Both the position numbers and the translations under genes were made by a program. Positions 19,948-31,600 of a stretch of DNA of 64,000 bases are shown one piece after another. Source of the DNA: Nemertoderma westbladi. Lineage: Eukaryota; Animalia; Xenacoelomorpha. The stretch's first letter is position 1. The number at the start of each line of letters is the position of its first letter. The DNA lies in contig JAUCBJ010008122.1 in NCBI GenBank assembly GCA_032718475.1, positions 26,889-90,888 on the forward strand, given 5' to 3'. The notes below the pieces were generated by a model. The model had not been told where the DNA came from. It saw only the letters and a program-made list of their open reading frames with translations, and ran no database searches.

Positions 19948-22404
19948 AAATTATGGAATGGATTATAGATATAATTAATAGGCCTCCAACATACATCTGA
20001 GCGGGCTTTAATACGCCATTACAGCATTCCAATGTTGCGATACGTAACGAAACAAAGTTTTTCCTTTTCCTTTCTCAAAATTGGCCCCAGCATATAAAAA
20101 AGGGCGCAAAAAACATTGCTTTGCCACTGGCAATGTACGAACACACCCAAATGGATTAGAAAAACAAATCGAGGCCAACATATAGTGCATAGTACTGCAA
20201 GTAAAACAGAAGAGTGGGCACAGCGATAGCAAATTTGTTTGTATCATTTGTTTGTAGCCTTAGCCTAAGCCCTAGTACAGCTTGCTTTATTATTACTGTA
20301 CCTCCAGGCAGTTCAATATTATTTTAGGCTTATGTAAAACTACATTTTAAGTGCGCTGTAGTCCTAATGTAATTCAGATTACATAGACATTAGACCTGGA
20401 ACTGTAGTGCACCCATAAAACCGTTAATAAATAGTAGCGTACCATGTATGGTCTAGGCCGTGGCGCATATGGGAGATTGTATTTGTAGTACGCTCCATCC
20501 AGGAAGGGGTTAATAGCAGGCCTATAAATAATATTCAGAGTTTGAAAAAACTAATAATAATAGGAATTAATAATTTGAGGATATTTACTAAAATATATGT
20601 GATCATCATGAATTTTTTTCATAGTGTCTTAATAGCAGATGATATGAAGTGATTAAATGTCTGTTATGATTATTCCAGTTGAAGTTCTTCCATCTAAGTA
20701 CACGTTTGTGGGGCCTTCCCGCAGCACGAGGCCCAGTTATGAGATACAAATTAAAATTGAGCGACTGTATCACAAAATCAGGTTTTGAGAAATTTACCCA
20801 CACCACCAATCAATCCAACAAAGGGGGACAGTACGTGTTCACCCCTTTTAATGGGGTGAACTGTATAATTGTATAATTTTTAATTATAATTATTTAAATC
20901 TTATACTGTAAAACAATTAATTTCCTTTAAAAGGCAGGTTGAAAATGGTGTTTTTACCGTAATCAACTTAATTAACTAATTAACTGCTATTATCTTAGCT
21001 TCTCGAAGGCCACACGGAAATTCTACTTGGAAAATTTCTAAACTTTTGCCAAACAACATGTGTACCAAGTTTGGATAGATTTCATCAAAGATTGGCCGAG
21101 TTATTAACGTTTAAAATTGAACGCGACAGAACGACAGGTTGATTAATGGTACCACTACGCTAAGGCTCACTCACTTCGTGGCTCGCCCCACACGCTTACT
21201 CTACTTCCTTTGATATTTCTACTTTTTGTCCCGCACTTTACGTAAAGTGTGGGACACCTGTTTACCACATAACACGAAACACCACAAACAAACTAAGTAC
21301 TCCAGATTAAAGATACATATATTTGTGCTTTACAAACGATATATCTTCATTCTATTATAATATGTCTATCCTGTACAAACAAAATAAGGTGTTCAGCGTA
21401 AAGTGCGGGACATTATGATGTAAGCAGATTATGAGCACTGAATATTTAGACACAACTTTGTTTTAATTGACAGCAAATGATTTCATTGGAAAATATTATT
21501 TTTTTGCTTCGAAAAGTACTCTACTACTTTGCCTTCTGCCTAAAGCTACTCATAAAACGCGGTTGTCATATTATGCACTCATTTCACAGTATTTTTGCAG
21601 TTTGAGAGGTAAAGCCGAATAACACCAGATTTCAGAAAGTTAACCAATTTTGATGCGGTTTTTTGTATTAAATTTGTAAACCGCATCATATATTGGTTCT
21701 GAAAATTGATAGGAGAAGCAATAATTCACTTTTTTCAAAATTGACACTGCGGTTGACATTTGCATGGAATGAGCCTTTAGCGACAGCAAATTTGAACACT
21801 AGTGGTCGAATTTCTGGTTGAAAATGATGAACTCAGGGTTTTGTGGGTTTTATATCTTTCAATATTAAATTATTCAATTTTAATTAAGGTTTCAATGACA
21901 AATGCCAATTTTTTTTTGAATTATTATATTAAAAGAAAAATTATTAATAGAAGGACTATTATTAATAGGAGGGCTGGGGCTGTTAATAAGGCTGGTGGGT
22001 ATACTAGGGGTACCACCTACCTTACCTGTCTTACTTTCTTATTTTTCTTTGGACAAGCCTGGGCTGGGATAATGTGAATTCTATCTGGTCTGGATGCTAA
22101 TGTTACTTTAACAAAGTTTGCCTTGTGGCTTGCCTGAGGAGACATTTTCATTAAAGTGAATATACAATAAAATGTAAAATGTGTATAAATGTCATAGAAA
22201 TGGGATCTTTGGGAGGGGGGTCACATGTTTTTATTTGGTTTTCTTATTATTTGCTTGTGTTCGTTAAAATCATAATTAAAAATTCAATATTTTGCATCAG
22301 TTATTAAGTATAGTGACCGTTTCTTTCAAGGGGGGGGGGGGGGGGGGGGGGGGGGCACGTGCCCCCGTACCCCCCCCCCCCCCCCCCCTCTGGATCTGCC
22401 CCTG
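19086..22404. mobile_element. hAT-type non-autonomous element (CAGTGGCGGATC ends) expanded by nested insertions
   Basis: Left end CAGTGGCGGATCTAG plus poly-G; right end poly-G/poly-C plus CTGGATCTGCCCCTG. ACTGTAGT flanks both ends (19075-19082, offset by 3 nt, and 22405-22412). Confidence 0.7.
19160..21776. mobile_element. Nested TIR element with subterminal AAAGTGCGGGAC motifs
   Basis: AGGATCATTCCATGTAAA versus the reverse complement of the right end, AGGCTCATTCCATGCAAA. TAAAGTG(C/T)GGGAC repeats near 19174, 19354, 19553, 19574, 21243 and 21399, and is inverted near 21228. TSD ambiguous. Confidence 0.7.
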
Positions 22405-23462
22405 ACTGTAGTATGATTCTTTACCGACGATATTATTATTAAGAATGACAGCAAATTCATTCTACTCGGTACCGGTAGTGTATTGGTCTTAATTCAATCA
22501 CAATGACTGCATTTACTGAATCATTAGATCCTATACCTTTCTTCCTGTACACCGCACTGATTGACAACAGACTAAAAGCGCCTAAATCCTGTAGATAAAT
22601 TACATTCATAAGCCATCATCGCAAAGCCCTGATTATAAAAAAAAACTATGCCCCGACCATGTAATAATGATGCACACCTAACTTCCAACCAAGACCTACA
22701 ATTTTTTTTTCAAATTTTTTTAATTTCATCACGAGCAGATTTTTATCACGATTACAAATTTTAACCCATTTAGCAAGATCTCTTTTACTTCTTGAGATGT
22801 GGCAGTATGTCCGTTTGACTGTTCGTCAAAATATAACCGACGGCCTGAAAGTCAGACAACAGTTGTCAAGCCATCAAATGCGAAACTCACACTCGAAATG
22901 AATCCTTCGCTTGGGACTTCACTCGTACTGCCTTTTTTCCCGGCTTGTCCCCTTGATAATGCCTTCCGCTGTGAGGCGAAACTTACCGATCAGATGACTA
23001 CATGCAACTGTCGACACTGTAGGTCTTGGTTGCCTTTTTAAATTGTGGTAACATGGCCATCTGGTACAGTACCTACTGATGCAGCAGCAGCTGTACATAC
23101 ATACCGGAAAGGTTTTTATTTAACTAGTTTGACGAATTAAAATTAAGACGATTAATACATATTTTTCGATAATTCAAGCCTTTATTTTATTTAATATCAT
23201 GCAGAATATTGTAATAACCAGTAAAGATACCAAAACCAATAAAGTCGCACCTTTGTCAACATGTACTGATGTGGGTAGGCCTACATAAATTTTTAGCGAA
23301 AATAAGCGAATCACATAATAGATCAGTAAAGCCACCAATAAAGCCACCACACCTTTGTCATTTCATAATAATAATAATAATAGGTAGCGAATTACGTAGA
23401 GTACAGTAGATACTATAGAAATACCCACAACCAATCCAATGCAGCAATAAAGTCGAATTGTT

Positions 23463-24305
23463 TTATAAATCTCGACGGAAAATGTTGTTGTTGGCGTTGA
23501 CTCCCCAAACTTCTCCGTTGTAATTGCTTACGCTGATTTGTCTCAACCCGCCTGCGACCTGCTTCCACACCGGATTTTGATTGTCACAAGAGATATTGTC
23601 AGCTTCGTAGATTTTATCATCCACGCCTGTGGCCCAAAGGACACCGTTGGCTCCTGAGCTGATTGTCCGCAGCTTCAATTCTAGTTTGGAGATCCAGAGG
23701 GGAGTCGGTTCCAATGTGTTGCAGCGGAAGGATTTATCAAGATAGAAGTAGGTATTGGCAGTGTTGACTCCCCAGACGCCGGAATATCCGTAGGATATGT
23801 AGGAGAGACCGCCGGCTATTACGGTCCACCCTGTACCGACGTTGTCGGCGCAGGATATACCCGCTCTCTGGAAGATTTGGCCTCCCGCGTTGATACCATA
23901 AACTCCGTTGTCTATAGAGTTGACGGTGATTAGTGCCAATCCGCCGGCAACTTGGTTCCAACCACTTTCCCCTGTTGGTGTTGTTTCCGAGACATTTCCG
24001 CGGTAATAGATACCTCCGCTGGGATGTATACCCCAAACGATGTCATGTCCGACAGCAATATTCTTCAAAGATCCATCAACGAGTTGCCACCTGGTTCCGG
24101 CTCCGGCTTTCTCATAAGTTCCCACCCTGTAGAAGATGTTGTTTGCGGCATTCACCCCCCACACTCCAGCCCTTCCTACATCAACGTGGGCGAGACCGCC
24201 GTCGATCAGTTGCCAATCTGATCCACTATAGTAAGCGTTTCCCGAGATAAACAACTGTGCGAACACAATGGTAACAATTAGTGCACGGTATTGGAATCGA
24301 TTCAT
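23463..24305 (-). CDS. Secreted tectonin/tachylectin-1/fish-egg-lectin-type beta-propeller lectin, 280 aa
   Basis: ATG at 24305 gives a signal-peptide-like N-terminus MNRFQYRALIVTIVFAQLFISGNA, then about six repeats of W..(I/V).GGL..(I/V).VG...VWG(V/I)N....I(F/Y).R. Uninterrupted ORF; AATAAA signals are not evident immediately downstream, but the region is AT-rich. Confidence 0.9.
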   Translation of the reverse strand: MNRFQYRALIVTIVFAQLFISGNAYYSGSDWQLIDGGLAHVDVGRAGVWGVNAANNIFYRVGTYEKAGAGTRWQLVDGSLKNIAVGHDIVWGIHPSGGIYYRGNVSETTPTGESGWNQVAGGLALITVNSIDNGVYGINAGGQIFQRAGISCADNVGTGWTVIAGGLSYISYGYSGVWGVNTANTYFYLDKSFRCNTLEPTPLWISKLELKLRTISSGANGVLWATGVDDKIYEADNISCDNQNPVWKQVAGGLRQISVSNYNGEVWGVNANNNIFRRDL

Positions 24306-24479
24306 TATTGTTGCAGCTACTGGAGTTGATTTGTCAAACTTGTGTCGCAAATATAACAGATTCAATTCCAAATTCGTTATTGAAATCAATGCGTACAGGT
24401 ACAGTACACACCTATAATGGGAAAATAAGTATAATTATTTTAACTACGTAAAAGTGCGGAATAGGGTCGTGATGGTACT

Positions 24480-24569
24480 GAATGTGCTCTTTGAATGGAA
24501 TGTGCTCTTTGAATGGAATGTGCTCTTTGAATGGAATGTGCTCTTTGAATGGAATGTGCTCTTTGAATG
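24480..24569. repeat. Five perfect copies of the 18-mer GAATGTGCTCTTTGAATG, 175 bp upstream of the lectin ATG
   Basis: Read directly from the sequence. Confidence 0.95.
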
Positions 24570-25671
24570 GACGCGAAACGAAACTGCAAACATCTACTGT
24601 ATGACAATATTATATTTATTAATCAAAAGGTAAACAAACACAAGAGTCTTGAACCCCAAAAACTACAAAAAATATAGAATCAGGACATTAATCCCAAAAT
24701 AGTACTCAGCCCGTTTGAAATCAAAAATACATATCATATCGATATTGAATTGAAAGTGACATAGTCAGTAAGATAATGGTCCATGAAGCGCGCATTGTGC
24801 GTGTATGCCAATGTTTGTTCCTTTTAACTCCGACCCCGCCTGGGGGTGTATATTATAATATTATTTAGAAATGCAAGCATTTCTGAACGAAATCATATAT
24901 CTACTCTACTACCATCAAAACTTACCTTTTTTGGTTATCTACAAAACGCCGATAACAAAAGTAAAACAAACTGAATTTTATTCCGTTGGTTCTTCCATAA
25001 TATATAATAGTATAAATACTAAGTTGTCAAGCAGATGTTTTTCCTACTATAATTTTTTCAAGAACTACATCTATTTGTTGATGTGGCTTCTTCCGATGTA
25101 TAGTTATGAACAGTATTATTATCCAGTACCATTTGTTTGGGAAGTTGGAAACATCCACTGTAGACGCACTCTATGAGGATCGCTGGTATAGTTAGTTACT
25201 GTATAATAAAATGGGCTTCATTCATCTGAGTCTAAATACTTGTAAAGGAAGGCCGCCTGCTTATCCTTCCTTGTCATACCGCTATTATTAGTATTTATAT
25301 CGCTACAGACATATGTTTTTAGATATGTTAGGTTTGATCAAGAAATCAATCTACCGTTGCAAAATATTATTTCACAGAATTAGAGGTTGAAGTCAAAATA
25401 GTTCATTTGGTTTTAAAAAATCGAATTTTATTTTTTTACTTTTTCTAGAACGGAATTTTTTGGTAATTCTGAAACTGTAAACGAACTTTTCATATCTATT
25501 TTAGTTTTGGAGTTATTTGATTTTTTGTACACCTCACTCATTTTGAAATTATTATAAATTTAAGTGGCCAATTTTTGGTAAGATTGCTATTACTTTTTCA
25601 AACAATACCTATCTAGATGTAAAGCATTGTACAGTATCCTAATGCGGAGACCCATGAGACCTCCAACCAAT

Positions 25672-28600
25672 CGCTACCTCAGTTCTAAAACCGTGTAATT
25701 CAAAAATCTTGAAAAGTGCTTTTATTCGATATTTTGTTAGCAAATGTAATGAGCTGCATGATATAGTATGTTTAATTAGTCTGTTGGATGAATTTTTCTT
25801 CCCCAAATAAAGCACTTTCACTTATTACTGTACAAGCTACCACGGAAATGTTCATGTAACTTAAAGGCGTGGACATACACGGTTTTAAATCAGCGTTTTG
25901 GACTTACACGGTTTTAAATATCAGCATTTTGGACTTACACGGTTTTAAATCAGCGTTTTGGACTTACACGGTTTTAAATCAGCGTTTTAGACTTACATGG
26001 TTTTAAATCAGGGTTATGGACTTACACGGTTTTAAATCAGGGTTTTGGACTTACACGGTTTTAAATCAGCGATTTGGACTTACACGGTTTTAAATCAGCG
26101 TTTTGGACTTACACGGTTTTAAATATCAGCGTTTTGGACATACACGGTTTTAAATCAGCGCTTTGGACTTACACGGTTTTAAATCAGGGTTTTGGACTTA
26201 CACGGTTTTAAAACAGCGTTTTGGACATACACGGTTTTAAATCAGCGTTTTGGACTTACACGGTTTTAAATCAGGGTTTTGGACTTACACGGTTTTAAAA
26301 CAGCGTTTTGGACATACACGGTTTTAAATCAGCGTTTTGGACTTACACGGTTTTAAATCAGCGTTTTGGACTTACACGGTTTTAAATCAGCGTATTGGAC
26401 TTACACGGTTTTAAATCAGCGTTTTGGACTTACACGGTTTTAAATCAGCGATTTGGACTTACACGGTTTTAAATCAGCGTTTTGGACTTACACGGTTTTA
26501 AATCAGCGTTTTGGACTTACACGGTTTTAAATCAGCGATTTGGACTTACACGGTTTTAAATCAGCGTTTTGGACTTACACGGTTTTAAATCAGCGTTTTG
26601 GACTTACACGGTTTTAAATCAGCGATTTGGACTTACACGGTTTTAAATCAGCGTTTTGGACTTACACGGTTTTAAATATCAGCGTTTTGGACATACACGG
26701 TTTTAAATCAGCGCTTTGGACTTACACGGTTTTAAATCAGGGTTTTGGACTTACACGGTTTTAAAACAGCGTTTTGGACATACACGGTTTTAAATCAGCG
26801 TTTTGGACTTACACGGTTTTAAATCAGGGTTTTGGACTTACACGGTTTTAAAACAGCGTTTTGGACATACACGGTTTTAAATCAGCGTTTTGGACTTACA
26901 CGGTTTTAAATCAGCGTTTTGGACTTACACGGTTTTAAATCAGCGTTTTAGACTTACATGGTTTTAAATCAGGGTTATGGACTTACACGGTTTTAAATCA
27001 GGGTTTTGGACTTACACGGTTTTAAATCAGCGATTTGGACTTACACGGTTTTAAATCAGCGTTTTGGACTTACACGGTTTTAAATATCAGCGTTTTGGAC
27101 ATACACGGTTTTAAATCAGCGCTTTGGACTTACACGGTTTTAAATCAGGGTTTTGGACTTACACGGTTTTAAAACAGCGTTTTGGACATACACGGTTTTA
27201 AATCAGCGTTTTGGACTTACACGGTTTTAAATCAGGGTTTTGGACTTACACGGTTTTAAAACAGCGTTTTGGACATACACGGTTTTAAATCAGCGTTTTG
27301 GACTTACACGGTTTTAAATCAGCGTTTTGGACTTACACGGTTTTAAATCAGCGTATTGGACTTACACGGTTTTAAATCAGCGTTTTGGACTTACACGGTT
27401 TTAAATCAGCGATTTGGACTTACACGGTTTTAAATCAGCGTTTTGGACTTACACGGTTTTAAATCAGCGTTTTGGACTTACACGGTTTTAAATCAGCGAT
27501 TTGGACTTACACGGTTTTAAATAGCAGCGTTTTGGACTTACAAGGTTTTAAATCAGCGTTTTGGACTTACACGGTTTTAAATCAGCGTTTTGGACTTACA
27601 CGGTTTTAAATCAGCGTTTTGGACTTACACGGTTTTAAATCAGCGATTTGGACTTACACGGTTTTAAATATCAGCGTTTTGGACTTACGCGGATTTAAAT
27701 CAGCGATTTGGACTTACACGGTTTTAAATCAGCGTTTTGGACTTACACGGTTTTAAATATCAGCGTTTTGGACTTACAAGGTTTTAAATCAGCGTTTTGG
27801 ACTTACACGGTTTTAAATCAGCGTTTTGGACTTACACGGTTTTAAATCAGCGTTTTGGACGTATACGGTTTTAAATCAGCGTATTGGACTTACACGGTTT
27901 TAAATCAGCGATTTGGACTTACACGGTTTTAAATCAGCGTTTTGGACTTACACGGTTTTAAATCAGCGTTTTGGACTTACACGGTTTTAAATCAGCGTAT
28001 TGGACTTACACGGTTTTAAATCAGCGATTTGGACTTACACGGTTTTAAATCAGCGTTTTGGACTTACACGGTTTTAAATATCAGCGTTTTGGACTTACAA
28101 GGTTTTAAATCAGCGTTTTGGACTTACACGGTTTTAAATCAGCGTTTTGGACTTACACGGTTTTAAATCAGCGTTTTGGACTTACACGGTTTTAAATCAG
28201 CGTATTGGACTTACACGGTTTTAAATCAGCGATTTGGACTTACACGGTTTTAAATCAGCGTTTTGGACTTACACGGTTTTAAATATCAGCGTTTTGGACT
28301 TACAAGGTTTTAAATCAGCGTTTTGGACTTACACGGTTTTAAATCAGCGTTTTGGACTTACACGGTTTTAAATCAGCGTTTTGGACTTACACGGTTTTAA
28401 ATCAGCGTTTTGGACTTACACGGTTTTAAATATCAGCGTTTTGGACTTACAAGGTTTTAAATCAGCGTTTTGGACTTACACGGTTTTAAATATCAGCGTT
28501 TTGGACTTACACGGTTTTAAATCAGCGTTTTGGACTTACACGGTTTTAAATCAGCGTTTTGGACTTACATGGTTTTAAATCAGCGTTTTGGACTTACACG

Positions 28601-31600
28601 GTTTTAAATCAGCGATTTGGACTTACACGGTTTTAAATCAGCGTTTTGGACTTACACGGTTTTAAATCAGCGTTTTGGACTTACACGGTTTTAAATCAGC
28701 GTTTTGGACTTACACGGTTTTAAATCAGCGATTTGGACTTACATGGTTTTAAATATTAGCGTTTTGGACTTACGCGGTTTTAAATCAGCGTTTTGGACTT
28801 ACACGGTTTTAAATCAGCGTTTTGGACTTACACGGTTTTAAATCAGCGTTTTGGACTTACACGGTTTTAAATCAGCGTATTGGACTTACACGGTTTTAAA
28901 TCAGCGATTTGGACTTACACGGTTTTAAATCAGCGTTTTGGACTTACACGGTTTTAAATATCAGCGTTTTGGACTTACAAGGTTTTAAATCAGCGTTTTG
29001 GACTTACACGGTTTTAAATCAGCGTTTTGGACTTACACGGTTTTAAATCAGCGTTTTGGACTTACACGGTTTTAAATCAGCGTTTTGGACTTACACAGTT
29101 TTAAATATCAGCGTTTTGGACTTACAAGGTTTTTAATCAGCGTTTTGGACTTACACGGTTTTAAATATCAGCGTTTTGGACTTACACGGTTTTAAATCAG
29201 CGTTTTGGACTTACACGGTTTTAAATCAGCGTTTTGGACTTACATGGTTTTAAATCAGCGTTTTGGACTTACACGGTTTTAAATCAGTGATTTGGACTTA
29301 CACGGTTTTAAATCAGCGTTTTGGACTTACACGGTTTTAAATCAGCGTTTTGGACTTACACGGTTTTAAATCAGCGTTTTGGACTTACACGGTTTTAAAT
29401 CAGCGTTTTGGACTTACACGGTTTTAAATCAGCGTTTTGGACTTACACGGTTTTAAATCAGCGATTTGGACTTACACGGTTTTAAATATCAGCGTTTTGG
29501 ACTTACAAGGTTTTAAATCAGCGTTTTGGACTTACACGGTTTTAAATCAGCGTTTTGGACTTACACGGTTTTAAATCAGCGTTTTGGACTTACACGGTTT
29601 TAAATCAGCGATTTGGACTTACACGGTTTTAAATATCAGCGTTTTGGACTTACGCGGATTTAAATCAGCGATTTGGACTTACACGGTTTTAAATCAGCGT
29701 TTTGGACTTACACGGTTTTAAATATCAGCGTTTTGGACTTACAAGGTTTTAAATCAGCGTTTTGGACTTATACGGTTTTAAATCAGCGTATTGGACTTAC
29801 ACGGTTTTAAATCAGCGATTTGGACTTACACGGTTTTAAATCAGCGTTTTGGACTTACACGGTTTTAAATCAGCGTTTTGGACTTACACGGTTTTAAATC
29901 AGCGTATTGGACTTACACGGTTTTAAATCAGCGATTTGGACTTACACGGTTTTAAATCAGCGTTTTGGACTTACACGGTTTTAAATATCAGCGTTTTGGA
30001 CTTACACGGTTTTAAATCAGCGTTTTGGACTTATACGGTTTTAAATCAGCGTATTGGACTTACACGGTTTTAAATCAGCGATTTGGACTTACACGGTTTT
30101 AAATCAGCGTTTTGGACTTACACGGTTTTAAATCAGCATTTTGGACTTACACGGTTTTAAATCAGCGTATTGGACTTACACGGTTTTAAATCAGCGATTT
30201 GGACTTACACGGTTTTAAATCAGCGTTTTGGACTTACACGGTTTTAAATCAGCGTTTTGGACTTACACGGTTTTAAATCAGCGATTTGGACTTACATGGT
30301 TTTAAATATCAGCGTTTTGGACTTACGCGGTTTTAAATCAGCGTTTTGGACTTACACGGTTTTAAATCAGCGTTTTTGACTTACACGGTTTTAAATCAGC
30401 GTTTTGGACTTACACGGTTTTAAATCAGCGTTTTGGACTTACACGGTTTTAAATCAGCGTTTTGGACTTACACAGTTTTAAATATCAGCATTTTGGACTT
30501 ACACGGTTTCAAATATCAGCATTTTGGACTTACACGGTTTTAAATATCAGCGTTTTGGACTTACACGGTTTTAAATCAGCGATTTGGACTTACATGATTT
30601 TAAATCAGCGATTTGGACTTACATGGTTTTAAATATCAGCGTTTTGGACTTACGCGGTTTTAAATCAGCGTTTTGGACTTACGCGGTTTTAAATCAGCGT
30701 TTTGGACTTACACGGTTTTAAATCAGCGTTTTGGACTTACGCGGTTTTAAATCAGCGTTTTAGACTTTCATGGTTTTAAATCAGCGATTTGGACTTACAC
30801 GGTTTTAAATATCAGCATTTTGGACTTACACGGTTTTAAATCAGCGATTTGGACTTACACGGTTTTAAATATCAGTGTTTTGGATTTACGCGGTTTTAAA
30901 TCAGCGTTTTGGACTTACACAGTTTTAAATCAGCGTTTTGGACTTACACGGTTTTAAATCAGCGTTTTGGACTTACACGGTTTTAAATCAGCGATTTGGA
31001 CTTACACGGTTTTAAATATCAGCGTTTTGGATTTACGCGGTTTTAAATCAGCGTTTTGGACTTACACGGTTTTAAATCAGCGTTTTGGACTTACACGGTT
31101 TTAAATCAGGGTTTTGGACTTACACGGTTTTAAATCAGCGTTTTGGACTTACACGGTTTTAAATCAGCGATTTGGACTTACACGGTTTTAAATATCAGCG
31201 TTTTGGACTTACGCGGTTTTAAATCAGCGTTTTGGACTTACACGGTTTTAAATCAGCGATTTGGACTTACACGGTTTTAAATCAGCGTTTTGGACTTACA
31301 CGGTTTTAAATCAGCGTTTTGGACTTACACGGTTTTAAATCAGCGATTTGGACTTACACGGTTTTAAATATCAGCGTTTTGGACTTACATGGTTTTAGAT
31401 CAGCGTTTTGGACTTACACGGTTTTAAATCAGCGATTTGGACTTACACGGTTTTAAATATCAGCGTTTTGGACTTACGCGGTTTTAAATCAGCGTTTTGG
31501 ACTTACACGGTTTTAAATCAGCGTTTTGGACTTACACGGTTTTAAATCAGCGTTTTGGACTTACACGGTTTTAAATCAGCGTTTTGGACTTACACGGTTT

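Noticed and set aside
19111-22388. Long poly-G/poly-C tracts (also near 492, 52541, 56275, 60390)
   Set aside because: Several sit in subterminal regions of non-autonomous elements, homopolymer lengths are unreliable, and the poly-Pro/Gly ORFs over them are artefacts.
24306-24389. N-terminal extension of the lectin ORF in the track (likewise 51512-51563 for MED23 exon 2)
   Set aside because: Both begin at TTG. The ATG at 24305 gives a proper signal peptide, and the MED23 extension is intronic, upstream of the acceptor.
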